Of a stretch of 64,000 nucleotides of DNA, positions 1 through 12,322 are shown one piece after another. The DNA is from Marsupella aquatica (Eukaryota > Plantae > Marchantiophyta), in contig OZ316891.1 in assembly GCA_973895155.1 (NCBI GenBank), forward strand, positions 29,313,611 through 29,377,610, read 5' to 3'. Every line of letters begins with the position of its first letter. Position 1 is the first letter of the stretch. The position numbers were made by a program, and so were the translations under genes. Below the pieces are notes generated by a model. That model ran no database searches, had not been told where the DNA came from, and saw only the letters and a program-made list of their open reading frames with translations.

Positions 1-1899
1 GAAGAGACGATATTCAGGTGAGTAGAACTCACTAACCATGTCCCGTTTTTGAGGTCCATTGGCCAATTGGTATGCGTGCTCAACGACTACATAAAAAACC
101 ACCTAGGGTCTCAGAACGGGGAGAATCAATATTTAATCTCGCTAATCGGACATACGAGTTGATTAGGTCAAAAATGAGCAGTCTGACTATTATCCAATGA
201 GAAGAGAAACATTCAAATGCATCTGCCTACAGGACTGCCAGAACGCTTCCTAATGGTAGATGATTCTTTCCATAGCACCAGCTTATGTATCATCCCGTAC
301 AATGCGGGACAATGATGGAAATGACATCAGTAGCATCTACAGATGACAAGCATTATCATACGTCACATTGAAGGCTTTGCATTCCTACCAGCTGAGCCAA
401 CTGGATGTCGAAGGAGGGAAACTACATGCCCGTGGAGAGTTGACAGCATTTGCACTAGCTGTGTTTTATTTGCTGTCACCAGGAAACGACAAGGTTCTCA
501 GACCTCAATCTCGACATGGCTTAATAAAAGCATAATCAAAACGAAGTAGGGAAATACTTTCATCTGAATGAAAATGTGAACCACATTCAAGAGTGAAGAC
601 CTAAAGTCCAAATCATCGTACGACATGTCAGCGCCAAAGTCACTGGAACCAGAGACTTGAAAGAAAACAAGGTCTAATCAAGAACGTCATACTGGTTGAC
701 AAAGATCCTTCTAAGATGACAACTGGTATCCAAAATCGTTTGATCGATTAAGGTTAAGAGTTTTCGAAGTTACCGTGGTCCAGCATTTTAATGACTAGGT
801 GATAAGCATAAGTATTGCGAGCGAGGGCTAAAGCATGGGGTCTCAACTCCTCGAAAACAGCGTCCCGCTCAGATTGCTGGCAATATTTAACACATGCCTG
901 CAAATGATATGGTATATCTTAATACAGAGAAGAGCCTCCGAAGCTGTAAGGGGAGAATTGAGGAAACAATGTGGCAAGGATCATCCAAGATTCATTCATC
1001 TCACTTGCCTGCAAAACTCTCGAGGCTATGTGTGATCCACCCATCTCCACCAGCTTTCCTTTCATTTTCTTTAAAGTCTCGGACACCAACCTGCACTAAC
1101 AAGACTCCTCGTTCAAGTATCATCTCCATAAATAGCCCACTAGAAATGAGATAATATTCACCATCCAAGAGAGCAGTCTCATGCCGCAGATTCCCTAATT
1201 AAGGTATATGTAACCAGATGATCATACTTGCTGCGCTCCTCTTTCTCCAAGTTCCTCTGACGCATCTTCTCCCAAAGTATTTTAACCTCCTGTGAACAAG
1301 AACAACTAAACCACTGAGCACTCGAAGATTTCAACATGCACAGATAACTTCAATGAACTACTGGACTCCACAACATAATACACAAAAATGATTGTCACGT
1401 TTTGCCTTGACTGAATTCAAATTGGAATGTTACAAAACTACATTCGGACGTTACCTTCTCCAAGTCATAGTTGGGCTTTCGTTTCTTTTTCCTGTATTCA
1501 GCAAGTTCCTACATGCCGAATGTCCACAAACTTCAGTCACAGAGAATCCTGGGTGCAATTGTGAGACCTACGGAACTATATACCCTACGAACCCGTTGCT
1601 CTCACTAGAAACAACACAAGTAAATCATCTGGGAAGACTCCGAATATTTCGGGTTACGCAATTGTTACAGGGAAAGACGATCACTAAGATCAATGGCCAA
1701 GTTCCTTGAATACAGGGTTGCTTGCCTTTCTGGCTTTCCGGTCAAGAGGCTTCTCTGCCTTGACGTCACCCTTGCTCTTAACGAACTTCCCTGCTTCAGT
1801 TTTTTTCTGGTCATTCACTTTCGTTTTCTTCTGAGCTGCGGCCGCGATTTTCCCATCAGTGTCGATCACCTTACGCTTTCTGAGAGAACAATTAGCCAT
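1..1899 (-). CDS. PUM24: Pumilio homolog 24 (nucleolar PUF-A/Puf6-type rRNA-processing protein), 5' part; gene continues beyond position 1
   Basis: Manually spliced exons 1899-1726, 1508-1455, 1289-1228, 1090-1009, 897-774, 472-389 and 86-<1, with consistent phases. Translation: ...RKARK/ELAEYRKKKRKPNYDLEK/EVKILWEKMRQRNLEKEERSK/LVSETLKKMKGKLVEMGGSHIASRVLQ/ACVKYCQQSERDAVFEELRPH.../LHGHVVSLLRHPVGSA/VVEHAYQLANGPQK..., which matches the N-terminal region of plant APUM24. Introns 1 and 4 have GC donors. Confidence 0.93.
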
Positions 1900-3773
1900 G
1901 TGCAGCACAGTTTTTTCTTAGTGAGAATATTCGGAAAACAAAGCGCAGAGTAATCTGGATCAAAACCAGATTACTGGAGGTGATGAGAAGGGGTGAGCTG
2001 TGCGGTGAATCCGTTCCGCTAGTTCTTCTGAACCGCATTCAGCTCAAAATCTCGCTATTAAATAGCGGGAATTACCGGACGAGATTCGGAATCGTGCATA
2101 ACTAGCACCAAATTGGTGTACCCGAGATCGAAACTTCACACATTTTTCACACTGGTGTCCAAGGACTCCAATTCCTCGTTCATAGAAAAATTCAGAAAAT
2201 TGTGGACCTAAAAATCCGAGATGCATCCAACCACAAGACGAAATCATAATTCAAAACGACCTAATCTCTGAAGACGATGAAAGAGTTCCCGCTGCGTTTC
2301 GGGGAAATCCCATTGTCACACACTTCATCAGTGGAGCCAATCTCAGGTGCTAGACACAGAAGCCTCACCTTTGAGCCGGGGTGACGATCGGCGTTGGCTT
2401 CAAGACAGCCATCCTGTAGACTCGAGCTTCCTGCGGCACCGTTCGAACCACTTCCACTGCACTGCGACAACTTCCAATTACAAGACCGTCACATTACGTC
2501 GCGCACCTCGTCTCTGATTGTGAAGCCATCGCTTCACGCACTTCTTTTTCTGCGTGTGATGCAGAGTGGAGGCATCGCTTCGCAAGCATCAAGGGTTTAG
2601 GGGTTCAGAAAGTGGGGGCCGAGGCAACGGCAGCCCTAAAACCGTGAGAGCTCCATGCAGCCCCCCGCCACCACTCTGGCCCCCTTTCCCCAATTGCAAG
2701 ACCCCCAACCCCAGCGTATTTTATAAGTGCGAATTTTCGCCAAACTCCATCTCCCCAAAAAATGTTAGAAATTTTGGTTAATATTATTGGCTATATTTTT
2801 TTAACACCATTAGTCACTTTTCCGCCAAATCATGTACCCCATTTGCCAGAATGTAATGGTAGTCCTTAAATCTAAATATATCTGACGGTCATGATTTAAC
2901 TCAGGAAAATGTTATAGTGAATATTCCTAGAATCTCCTCCCTTAGAGAAGCCAACATTTGCCACACAGGCTACAAATACAAAACCTTGAAAAATACACTG
3001 CCCCAACCCCCTTGCAAGCACCTACCAACCTTGTTATGGCCCCCTTTTTTATTATGGGTTTCATTTTAGACGGCCTCCATTTTTAAATTTTTAAGTTCTT
3101 TTTAAAACCGGAACCACCCTTGGGGAAGCTTTAATTGAGGGAGAAACAACCAAGTATGACACCTGCCTGAGAGGAGGAGGCAGGTTCGGGCAAGAGAAAT
3201 TAAGGGGGCTGAAAGGAGGAGCACACCCAGAGTAGTGAGAATGGGTAACCTCCAACCGGATCACCTAAAGGGAGGAGGCCAATCAGAAGAGGAAGGAGGC
3301 CGATCAGAAGACAGCCACCATTTTTGTCGATGTACATATATAAGTTGACAATCCTGTCCTCGTTCTTTTTGTATTTACAAATATGCACAATTCTGTCGTT
3401 GTTCTTTGGTATTTACAAAATATATGCTACGGTTGCAACATTGATGGATATGTGGAAATGCAGTAGAATGGTAACAGTATTATAAATTGGGACATCTTTA
3501 GTGACATGTACACTAGTTAAAAGCTTTTTGGTCAATCTCGCCCATTGTTAAGTGCCCATACTCCTCTCCTTACCTTTATTCACAAGCATAATTTAAATAT
3601 TAAGAAAATCTGCTACTATGAAATTATAGTTTACTAACTTCAATAGTTGTGTGTTTCATAGCAGATGCTGAATGGAAGATGTTGTTAAAAGATGTTGTTC
3701 CACAAATTATATACAAGATGTCATTTTATAAAATAGGTCGTTACATATATGGAGGAGTCATTGCATAAAAGAG

Positions 3774-5835
3774 GAGAAATATACTTAGTGGACCTCCAAA
3801 TGCAACTTTTTCTCTTAATGGACCAAAAGTTGCACACGCCCTCCCAATGGACCTCTGGGCCCACCAGAGGTGCCATTTCGTGTGAGATGTTCTTCTAACA
3901 CATTGTGCAGTTCTTATAACTCGAGATTGTCACTGTAAAACGCAGCTTGTTCTACTATTCTTCAGTGTCCGACCGCGTCGCCGAATGTGGTCGACTACAA
4001 TCGCAGTTCCGAGTGAATCAATGTATCCTGCAATGTATACATTGACCACAATGCATACAAACATGAACCGTCACTTTGGCGGGGGGCGTTTTTGTAAAGT
4101 CGGAGGGACAAAAAAAATTTCTAAGTGTGAAATCCGAATACAACGTGCAAAGTGTATACATGACAAATCATATATGTGTGTAATATACAATTATAGTTTT
4201 TGTCCATTTGGGCAGGCTTCGGCGGGGGGAGTCTTCGTAAAGTCGGAGGGACAAAGTTTTTTTCTAAGTGTGAAATCTAAATTATATAGCGTGCAAAGTG
4301 TATACATGACAAATCATATTTCTATGTTGAAATACAATAGGTTTTGTCCATTTGGGCAGGTTTCGGCAGGGGGCGTCAAGTTCGTAACGTTAGAGGGACA
4401 AATTTTTTTTCTAAGTGTGAAATCTGAATACAATGTGCAAAGTGTATGCATGACAAATTATATTTCTGTGTTGTCATACAATAAGTTTTGTCCATTTGGG
4501 AAGGCTTCGGCAAGGGGGTGTCTTCGTCGTAAAGACGGGGGAAATGTGAAATAATACAACATGCATATTGTATGCAAAACACACATATATCATTCTATGT
4601 TGAACAGGTTTTGGTTTTGTCCATTATAGCAAGCCTTGTTGCCTGTATGTAAGGTAGGGGAGTCCTGACTTTGTTTAAGTGCAACTTTGAATACAATGTC
4701 CACTATGTATCCAAGGTAAAAATGGTTTGTCCATTTGTAGGTTGCGGAGTCATGAATACCATTTTTTGAAGTGTGAGTAATGAATACATTATGTGGCATG
4801 TATATCATCCAATCATGGTTTGTGCACTCTTGTCTACTCTGACCATTTTTGGAACAGATCCCTGAATAGATCATGTTGTACAGTCTTCAAAGAGAGCAAG
4901 AAATGAAACAACATTTCCCATTTGGATGGGATAGATGGCTCACTCTTCCCTAAAGTTGAAACACAATAGTCTTCCTTGAGCTGATTCTTCTTTCATTGCT
5001 TGGTCATCTGCCATCTCAGCTTTGCAATAGACCTCAAACGAATCCATGATGCACCTTCCGTCTTCTTCCCACTGGTGCTGCTCGATTTTTGTGGTTTCTT
5101 TGCGGGACGAGAGATGGTGAGTTTTGAACTCAACCAAAGCAGGCACTTGTTGATCTCCCTGAATCACTCTGCACTCACTCCAAATTGCCCGACAGGCAGT
5201 CCCGATTCATTTTGCAGTCTCCCTTCACCAGCCCGACAGGCCTTCGATTTCTTTTACGAGCTGGCGGTCTCCAATAGTCAAATCCCTAAAACAATCCTCC
5301 TCTCTCGATCACCATTCCTATTGGCCGCCACCTAAAATCCTAAACCCTCGCCAAAGAGAAGGCATACACACGCAAATGATCGTGCCCTCATCCCTAACGA
5401 TGAACTAGCAAAGCAGACGCAACCTAGAATTGCAACGTGTCATTGCATGTGTAGAGTGAATACATTGACCATGTTGTATTCTTTCGATTGTTCTAGATTG
5501 AGGCTATTCTAGTTTTGAATACAATAGTCATATTGTATTCACAAAAACTAGGACGCCATGGTGCTGCGGCGCTCAATTGTGGCCAGGGCTACGATGCTTG
5601 TGAACTGCGACGTTATTGATGACCTACTACACATGACCAACCACGGTGTCCACATGGTACGTAGTGGACCTGAACTGTGTGGTAAGGTGTTTCAGAAGAA
5701 CATGCTTGTACAAAGTGGGCCCGGAGGTCCATTGGGAGAGAATCTAAACGTTGGGGTCCACTGGGAGGGCATGTGCAACTTTTGGTCCATTAAGAGAAAA
5801 AAGTTGCATTTGGAGGTCCACTAAGTATATATCTC
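3774..5835. mobile_element. Non-autonomous Mutator-like element (MULE), ~2.06 kb
   Basis: Long TIRs (gagaaatatacttagtggacctccaaatgcaacttttt... at 3774; reverse complement ending 5835, ~90-120 bp). Exact 10-bp TSD CATAAAAGAG at 3764-3773 and 5836-5845. No transposase ORF recognised. Confidence 0.9.
4070..4560. repeat. Degenerate ~130-150 bp tandem repeat (3-4 copies) inside the MULE
   Basis: Recurring blocks 'ttttgtccatttgggcagg', 'gagggacaaa...ctaagtgtgaaatc' and 'gtgcaaagtgtatacatgacaaatcata'. Confidence 0.8.
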
Positions 5836-6949
5836 CATAAAAGAGGTTCTTGAGTTTAAGATTTCATTGCATCAAAGACATCATCGCATAAAAGGTATCG
5901 TTGGGGTTCTTATGCATTCAATGTCACTATCTAAAAGAGATTGTTGCATAAAAGATGTCATTATGCAAAACAAAAACTTTACTAAAAACTAAATTTGCCT
6001 AGAACCCCGCCCTGAACATGTCCTTGCAGAAAATGGGTTAAAATGTACAAAGTGAGAGACAACATAGTCAACATTTTTTTTAAAAGGGACCATCCATGAT
6101 GAAGTCTATTTTCATTTCAGCACTAAACTTCAAGATATCAACTTTGCCCGGAACCTTGTGCAACCGACTTCAGTTTCTTAAAGTGATACTTTTGTCCTTG
6201 TTAAACATGTTGCTCCTGAAAAAGCAACTGACCATGACTAAAATTGACTTAGAAAGTTCCATAATTACAAGTTTTAAAGTCTGACCTTGTGTCTTATTTA
6301 TGGCCATGGCATAATTATGTCACTCCAACCCAAATTTGGACTCCTCCTAGCATGGATGGAATTTGTGGGATAATTGTAATGTTTATGACATATCAATTTG
6401 CATGGACAAAAATGTATCTCAATGACACAACACTTGATTGTACAAACAAGTACATAATAGTGTACAGAAATCTAGTACATTGCTGAAAAGGATACTATGG
6501 TATTCAAAATTTAGGACCAGCTTCTCTGGCATTGGCAAATAAGTGACTGAGAGGGTGCCCAAAACTCATATTTGGTGGATGGCAAGGATTTCTCTTGTCT
6601 CTCTTCCCCCATTTTATATCATCCCCCATTTTTGAAGGTATTGTCCATTATAGTGTTAATCACCCAATACCCATGCAATGCACAGAGTCATCAACTTGAA
6701 AGATGCAAAGTGGGAAATATCTCCAGCGTGGAAAAGATATTGCACAAAAATGCAATTGGGTGGGTAAAATGTAAAACAAAAAACATGCAAGCAGAACATA
6801 TGTTTAAAAGGAAGGATTGATGTTGTGCAAAAAAGAGCATGTCATGGAACAAAGAGATCAAAGAGAAAGAAAACACTGTCTTTGAAGACTAGAGGAAAAT
6901 ATATCTAAGCACTTACCCGATGCCTGTGCATTGCACAAAAGATGTTGAG

Positions 6950-7130
6950 GTGAAGAAAAGATGTTTTAGGGGAGAAAAGTTGTGAAGATGAGAAAAAAGA
7001 TGTGAAGGTGAAGAAAAGATCTTGAGGAGAGAAAAATGATGTCAAGGTGAGGAAAATATGTTAAGGAGAGAAAGATGTCAAAGTAAAGAAAAGATGTTAA
7101 GGCGAGAGATGTCAAGGTGAGAAAAAGATG
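6950..7130. repeat. Purine-rich degenerate minisatellite
   Basis: Repeated 'aaagatgt..aggtgaagaaaagatgtt' units. Confidence 0.6.
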
Positions 7131-7132
7131 CC

Positions 7133-7260
7133 TAGGGTCTCACTACATGGAGACCTCCCCATCACTTGCAACGTTTTTAGGCCTTGGATCCCCTAATTTA
7201 AATGTAATATTTCTAAAAGTTTTTCTACCCTCTACTAGTTCGAATATTCTACAAACAATA
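7133..7260 (-). mobile_element. Partial copy of the MITE family seen at 25163-25459
   Basis: gggtctcactacatggagacctccccatc...gtttttaggccttggatcccctaa is the reverse complement of the 3' end of the 25163-25459 element. Confidence 0.6.
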
Positions 7261-10121
7261 TTGTACAAACAGTATGTTGGGGAGGGTGGGTGCATGGGAT
7301 GGGGAGAGGAGTGCAAGTGGTGGCACATCAAAGGGTCCAAGTGCAACTCGTGGAAAGATAACCATTTTTTCATTTTCTCCTCTCCGTTTTATCTTTAGTT
7401 CTCTCCGCACCCCCCCCCCCCCCCCTTGCACCATCTTGCTGCCTTGCCTTTCACTAGTCAAATCAACCCTTTCTCTTCTTTTCCCCAATTTTTCTTTTCT
7501 TGCATTTCCCCAATTTATTTGTTTTTCTTTATTTTTATATCCTTTTATTTTTTATGTCCTTTTTTATCCTTGTATTCCCCTCCCTCCTCCCTTCCCCTCC
7601 TGGGGCATCAATTTTTTGTTAGGTCAATTCACCCTTCTCTTTTCCCTAAAACCCTTCTCCCCTGTTTTTAAATAACTTTCCCCAATTTCTATATTTTTCT
7701 TTGTTTTTCCCTTTTTTCCTATTCTTTTATTAACTTCCCTCTTGGCGCCTCTCCTCCTTCCCTTGCTTACAGCTACTATTCATTCCTCTTGGGAATGAAA
7801 TAAATTTGTGTCTTCTATAACTTCAATACATACTATACAACCATCTCCTGGCAAGGAAATATATGCCCTATGGTATTTACAAACACTGGAGGGGTCAGAA
7901 ATGGAGGGGTCAGGTACCATTCTCCAGAGCCTACCAGCCTACAGGGCAAGAAGTACTTTCTGTGGCCTTTAGTCTAAGTCCTCATAGTCAAGCCTGAGGA
8001 CTGTAAGAAAGTAGTTTTAGTGGCCCTCAGTGAGGCCTGAGGTACTCCTGTAAGCGTATGTACTTTTTGTGACCTTTAGTCAAGCTCGAGGTACTACTGC
8101 AAGGAAATACTTTCTGTGGGCAGGACAGGGGGGAGTTAGGCCAGGTGCTTTTGGCTTATCCAAGGGTGATAGTAAATTGTGAAATTATTGGACTGTCAGG
8201 ATCTCATCCCACCTTTTTAGCATTTTGTAGGGAGACATCGTGGGATTGCATATTATAGAAGAAACATATTGAGCCCTCGTCTTCTCTTTGGTAGTAGCAA
8301 TGGCTACTTAATTTGCGTTTGGCTGGATTGCATAGTATAAAAGAAAGATATGGAGGGTTTTTCTCTTGTTTGTGACAATGGCTACTTAATTTGCGTTTGG
8401 TTAGGGCACACGGTATCTTGTTTGGTCTTTGCATGGAGCAGGTGTATGAAGTCATGGTATTCTTGTGTAGCCTACTTGACAAATATGATTGATTTTCATG
8501 CAGCAGCTACAAGGTGTTCTGGAGAATGGTAAACAGGATCCCAACAGCAAGTGACTTAACCTGGCTTAGTTAACAAGAAAATAATTAATATCCTTTGGGC
8601 ACCATTGAGTCGAAAAGTTACTCCTAAGGCTAAGTGTCTATTTGGTGGTGCGTTCTTGGGCTCCCCACCGGTGATAACCTGCATGGCCTGTGGCGGCCCA
8701 GCTGAAATTGCAGCAGCTGAGCCTTGCACACCACTAGACTTATGGAGCCTAACTGCATACTCCATAAGTGCAGAACCTGGCTTCTTGGAAGGCAGACCAT
8801 TGTTCCATTAATCTCTGACCATTACCCATAAGTAAGACCATTACTAGACATTTACACTTATGGTAAAGGCATAAACTCTACGTGGACAAGCATATGCAGT
8901 TGTCACATAGAGTAAATGTTGCAATTACAAGATAGGAGATAAAGGTTTTACGGAAATTAAGGATGTACACCCTCAGGGAAGGCACGAGGATCGTGTCCAA
9001 ACGAAGGGAGTACCTGTTCAGGTCACAAGGGACAGTGGTGCACGGATCAAGGATCCAACGGTCCGCCAAACGAGCTGAAAATTTGATCGAACGGCCAAGA
9101 TTTTGTCATGCCTTTTCTTATTTTCATCTGGATGGAAGAACAATGAATATCGATGGACGGACAAACGCAGGACCATGTATCTAGTGAGACTAACCCCATA
9201 ACAACATATGACAGTCACATAAACACACTGTGCAGATCATTCACACAGTTGCTCAGGACGCACGCAGAAGTTCCTTCTATACAAGTTAATCAACTTTTCC
9301 ATAACAAAAACGAATGTTAGCTGCTTTAGATCGATACATTATGCTGATCAGTGTTGGTGGCCATGTGAATTCGTGACATGGGGCAAGGCTGAGGCGAGCG
9401 AGGAGGCGAGCCCCTGTACAGTGCTCGGTACACTGCTGCAGTTCATCCACATAGTTGGGACACACGTAGAAGTCCCTTCTCTAGTTTTTAGAAGTTATTT
9501 GTAGAAGTTAATTGTTTTAAATCGATTCATACATCATGCTGATCACTGGGTCCCAAGACTGACAGGATATTTTGACCATAGATACTAGTCATGGTCATTC
9601 TAAGCTTTAATAACAATACTCTAGTCATCATAGCTGGTTCGCCCACTACATCGTACGTACAGACAAAATCACAAAAGAGTTTTTGGTTACAATTAAAGAA
9701 CACTTCATTATAACGCTATGTAAATGAAAAGCGTAGTCGACTGATCATGAACGAGTGGAAGACAACATGATTGGGACCTGGATATCATACATGATTCGGG
9801 ATATTTGATTGTGCATGATGGAAACCTCAATCAGTTCGAGCTCAAGGATACCGTGCCCACGAATAGCCAGCTTCGATCAGTTGATGGGAAACTACCGATC
9901 GAGTATCTGAAACTAGAAAGTACCCTTACGGCCACCTCCACGACACCAAAAGCAAGGGAATGTCACATGATGTAAATTATACTTGGAATGCCAACTTCCG
10001 TGTATTACCAGTCGGATTAATTCTCTTACTGTCCGCTGCTCTCAACTGCAACTCTATCGGAGACCTTCTGAAGAGACTTTAAATAGGTCTGGACCCTGTC
10101 TGCAGTACATAGAGTGTATGC

Positions 10122-10440
10122 AGCTCAGTGCCTCCCAGTAAGTCGAGAATACCCACTGTACGTTAAGTGCTGTGCATGTGGGACGTTCTCGTATTCACAC
10201 TTGAATTAAGTGCTAAACAGCGTCTCCGGATGTAGTTATAAAATTTGATAAATTCTATTTGCACATGATATGGGTTTTGAGCTCAGTGCCTCCCAGTAAG
10301 TCGAGAATACCCACTGTACGTTAAGTGCTGTGCATGTGGGACGTTCTCGTATTCACACTTGAATTAAGTGATAAACAGCGTCTCCGGATCTAGTTATAAA
10401 ATTTGGTAAATTCTATTTGCACATGATGTGGGTTTTGAGC
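10122..10440. repeat. 158-bp tandem duplication
   Basis: 'gctcagtgcctcccagtaagtcgagaatac...gggttttga' starts at 10123 and at 10281; about 4 substitutions between copies. Confidence 0.92.
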
Positions 10441-11730
10441 TTCCAAGCCTTTCAGGTTACCGAGATCAATCTAGCGCTCCGCTCAAAATAGCGTTCACGT
10501 AAGTAGCTTAGGAACTGTGCTGCCGTCTTCCACTGGCCTAGTTAGTTTCTCTCCCTTCAAACTAAATATGGCTTATGTAAAGCAGACTACTACCTAGAAG
10601 GTACGAAGTTTACCTCATCAAATGAATTTATTGCACAGCTGTAGAAGAACCCATCGCGTAGAGTCTCTTTATCTTCGATCTTGCGAAAGATTTTCTTGAG
10701 AGCTACAGGATAGGAACCCTTGGCGAGCAGCCCCACCAGCCAAACTTTGATTATGCGCACGCTCTACATATTTAGAATGGACAGCTACATCAAGCTTGCT
10801 TTGCATGGGGTTGCTGGCCAAGGATGCCTGTCAGGTAGTTCTGTACTGTATCTTCTATCGCAAGGACGTTGTCCATGTTCAAATTCGCACCAAAACGATC
10901 ACAAGTAATCAGTTCGATCAGTCTAGACTAACATCAAAACGTCAGCTACGTCAACTTGAAGCATTGCATGAGTCTATAGCTAGCATATGACGGATACGCT
11001 GGACATCTTCACTGTGAATACACCCCCTGACACATTCCCCAAACAATCGAATGTAGGCTACTAGCTTGCATGAACTTAATTAGAGCATCTAATCTCATTA
11101 GCGACACTGCAGTTCTGTAAAATCGTGATTTCGCTGACTACGGCTATCCTGCTCTAGCTACACAAAGACATGGCGTAGATCGGCTCCCCCGTTAAGGCAA
11201 CGTCAACCAAAGTGGAAAGGTTAACAGAATGTTCACGATAAAAGCCCCATAAGGCCGATACCAAAAGCTTGCTCTGGATCAGAGCTAGGCCTTGACGAAG
11301 GCCAAACTACTCACTTACAAAAAGAAACCTGATAGTGCTGGACAGTCTCTGGGACTTGCGAGTACCACTACAGCTGACCCTCCCGCCTACCGAGAATTAT
11401 GAACAGACACAACAATCACAACAACAACGTCACAGTTTTCACAAGCTCAGTGTGCATGCCTGAGTGTAAAGATGGCTTCCCATGAAAGCCTTACCTCAGA
11501 ATAGTCTTGATCGCTAGAATCTAATGAAAGCGATCACAGCGAGGAAATCAGTTTTGTAAGGCTTCAGCAACTAGCTAGGCCAACAATTCATGTAAGCAAC
11601 GTCGTCAACTACTTCATTTCAATGAACATCTTGAATGGACCTAGCGAAAGCTATGTAACAAAAGTGAATGGAACAGCTTCAGAAAGTCATCAAATGAATT
11701 GTCACAAACCGCTAATGTATGCACTTGTAT

Positions 11731-12322
11731 TGTAGCATCTCGCTTCAAAGAGGCATCAACGAGCTCAACTGGCTCTGAAACTTCGACACCGGCTCAGAGC
11801 TGGAAGTACTCCCTTACTTAATGGATTAGAGCTAAGGAGCTCAGAACTGCCGTTAGTAGTCGATATATGCACGCACCTCCGACTTCACTCCTCTCATCTT
11901 CGACTGACTCCGAGGAAGAGCACTTCGAGCCGCGTTTTATGCGGTTGCGGCCTACCGAGGACTTTATAGGCCGAAGTACGGTTTTCCTCGATAGAATGGT
12001 GAGCCGTTGGAGCCAATTGTACACTTTGCATGAGAAAAATTATTCGGCACCTGGACCCAATAGCACCCGCCGTACTCACAATGCTTTTTGTGAGAAGTGG
12101 TCCAGGACTTCAGGCCCAGCCTTTTTCAGTTTTTCCTCTCTCTCTACAGCAAAGCCCAACTTTTTTGCCTCGAAGATCAAAGAATCCAGGCCCGCTTAAC
12201 TTACTGGAGCCACTTGCATTCAGAGCTTAGTTGACTGCCCACAAATATAATTGAGCGTTTCCACCGGGTTGAGTAGGTGGGCACGCGGGACTAGCACTAA
12301 TTACCTAATTGGGGATGCTACA
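11731..12322. mobile_element. Possible LTR-like relic
   Basis: Bounded by tgtagcatc...gatgctaca (TG..CA short inverted ends typical of Gypsy LTRs), with a TATA-like cctataaag on the minus strand. No matching TSD, PBS or PPT found. Confidence 0.25.

Noticed and set aside
3985-4554. 189-aa ORF with repeats
   Set aside because: It results from the tandem repeat inside the MULE and has no recognisable domain.
6000-6290. hAT-like terminus (ccgccctg) and possible dimerisation-domain relic; similar cagggcggatcta at 19216
   Set aside because: Too degenerate, and no partner TIR or TSD was found.
11250-11275. tRNA-Met PBS-like TGGTATC on the minus strand
   Set aside because: Only 7 nt match and it is not adjacent to an LTR-terminal CA.
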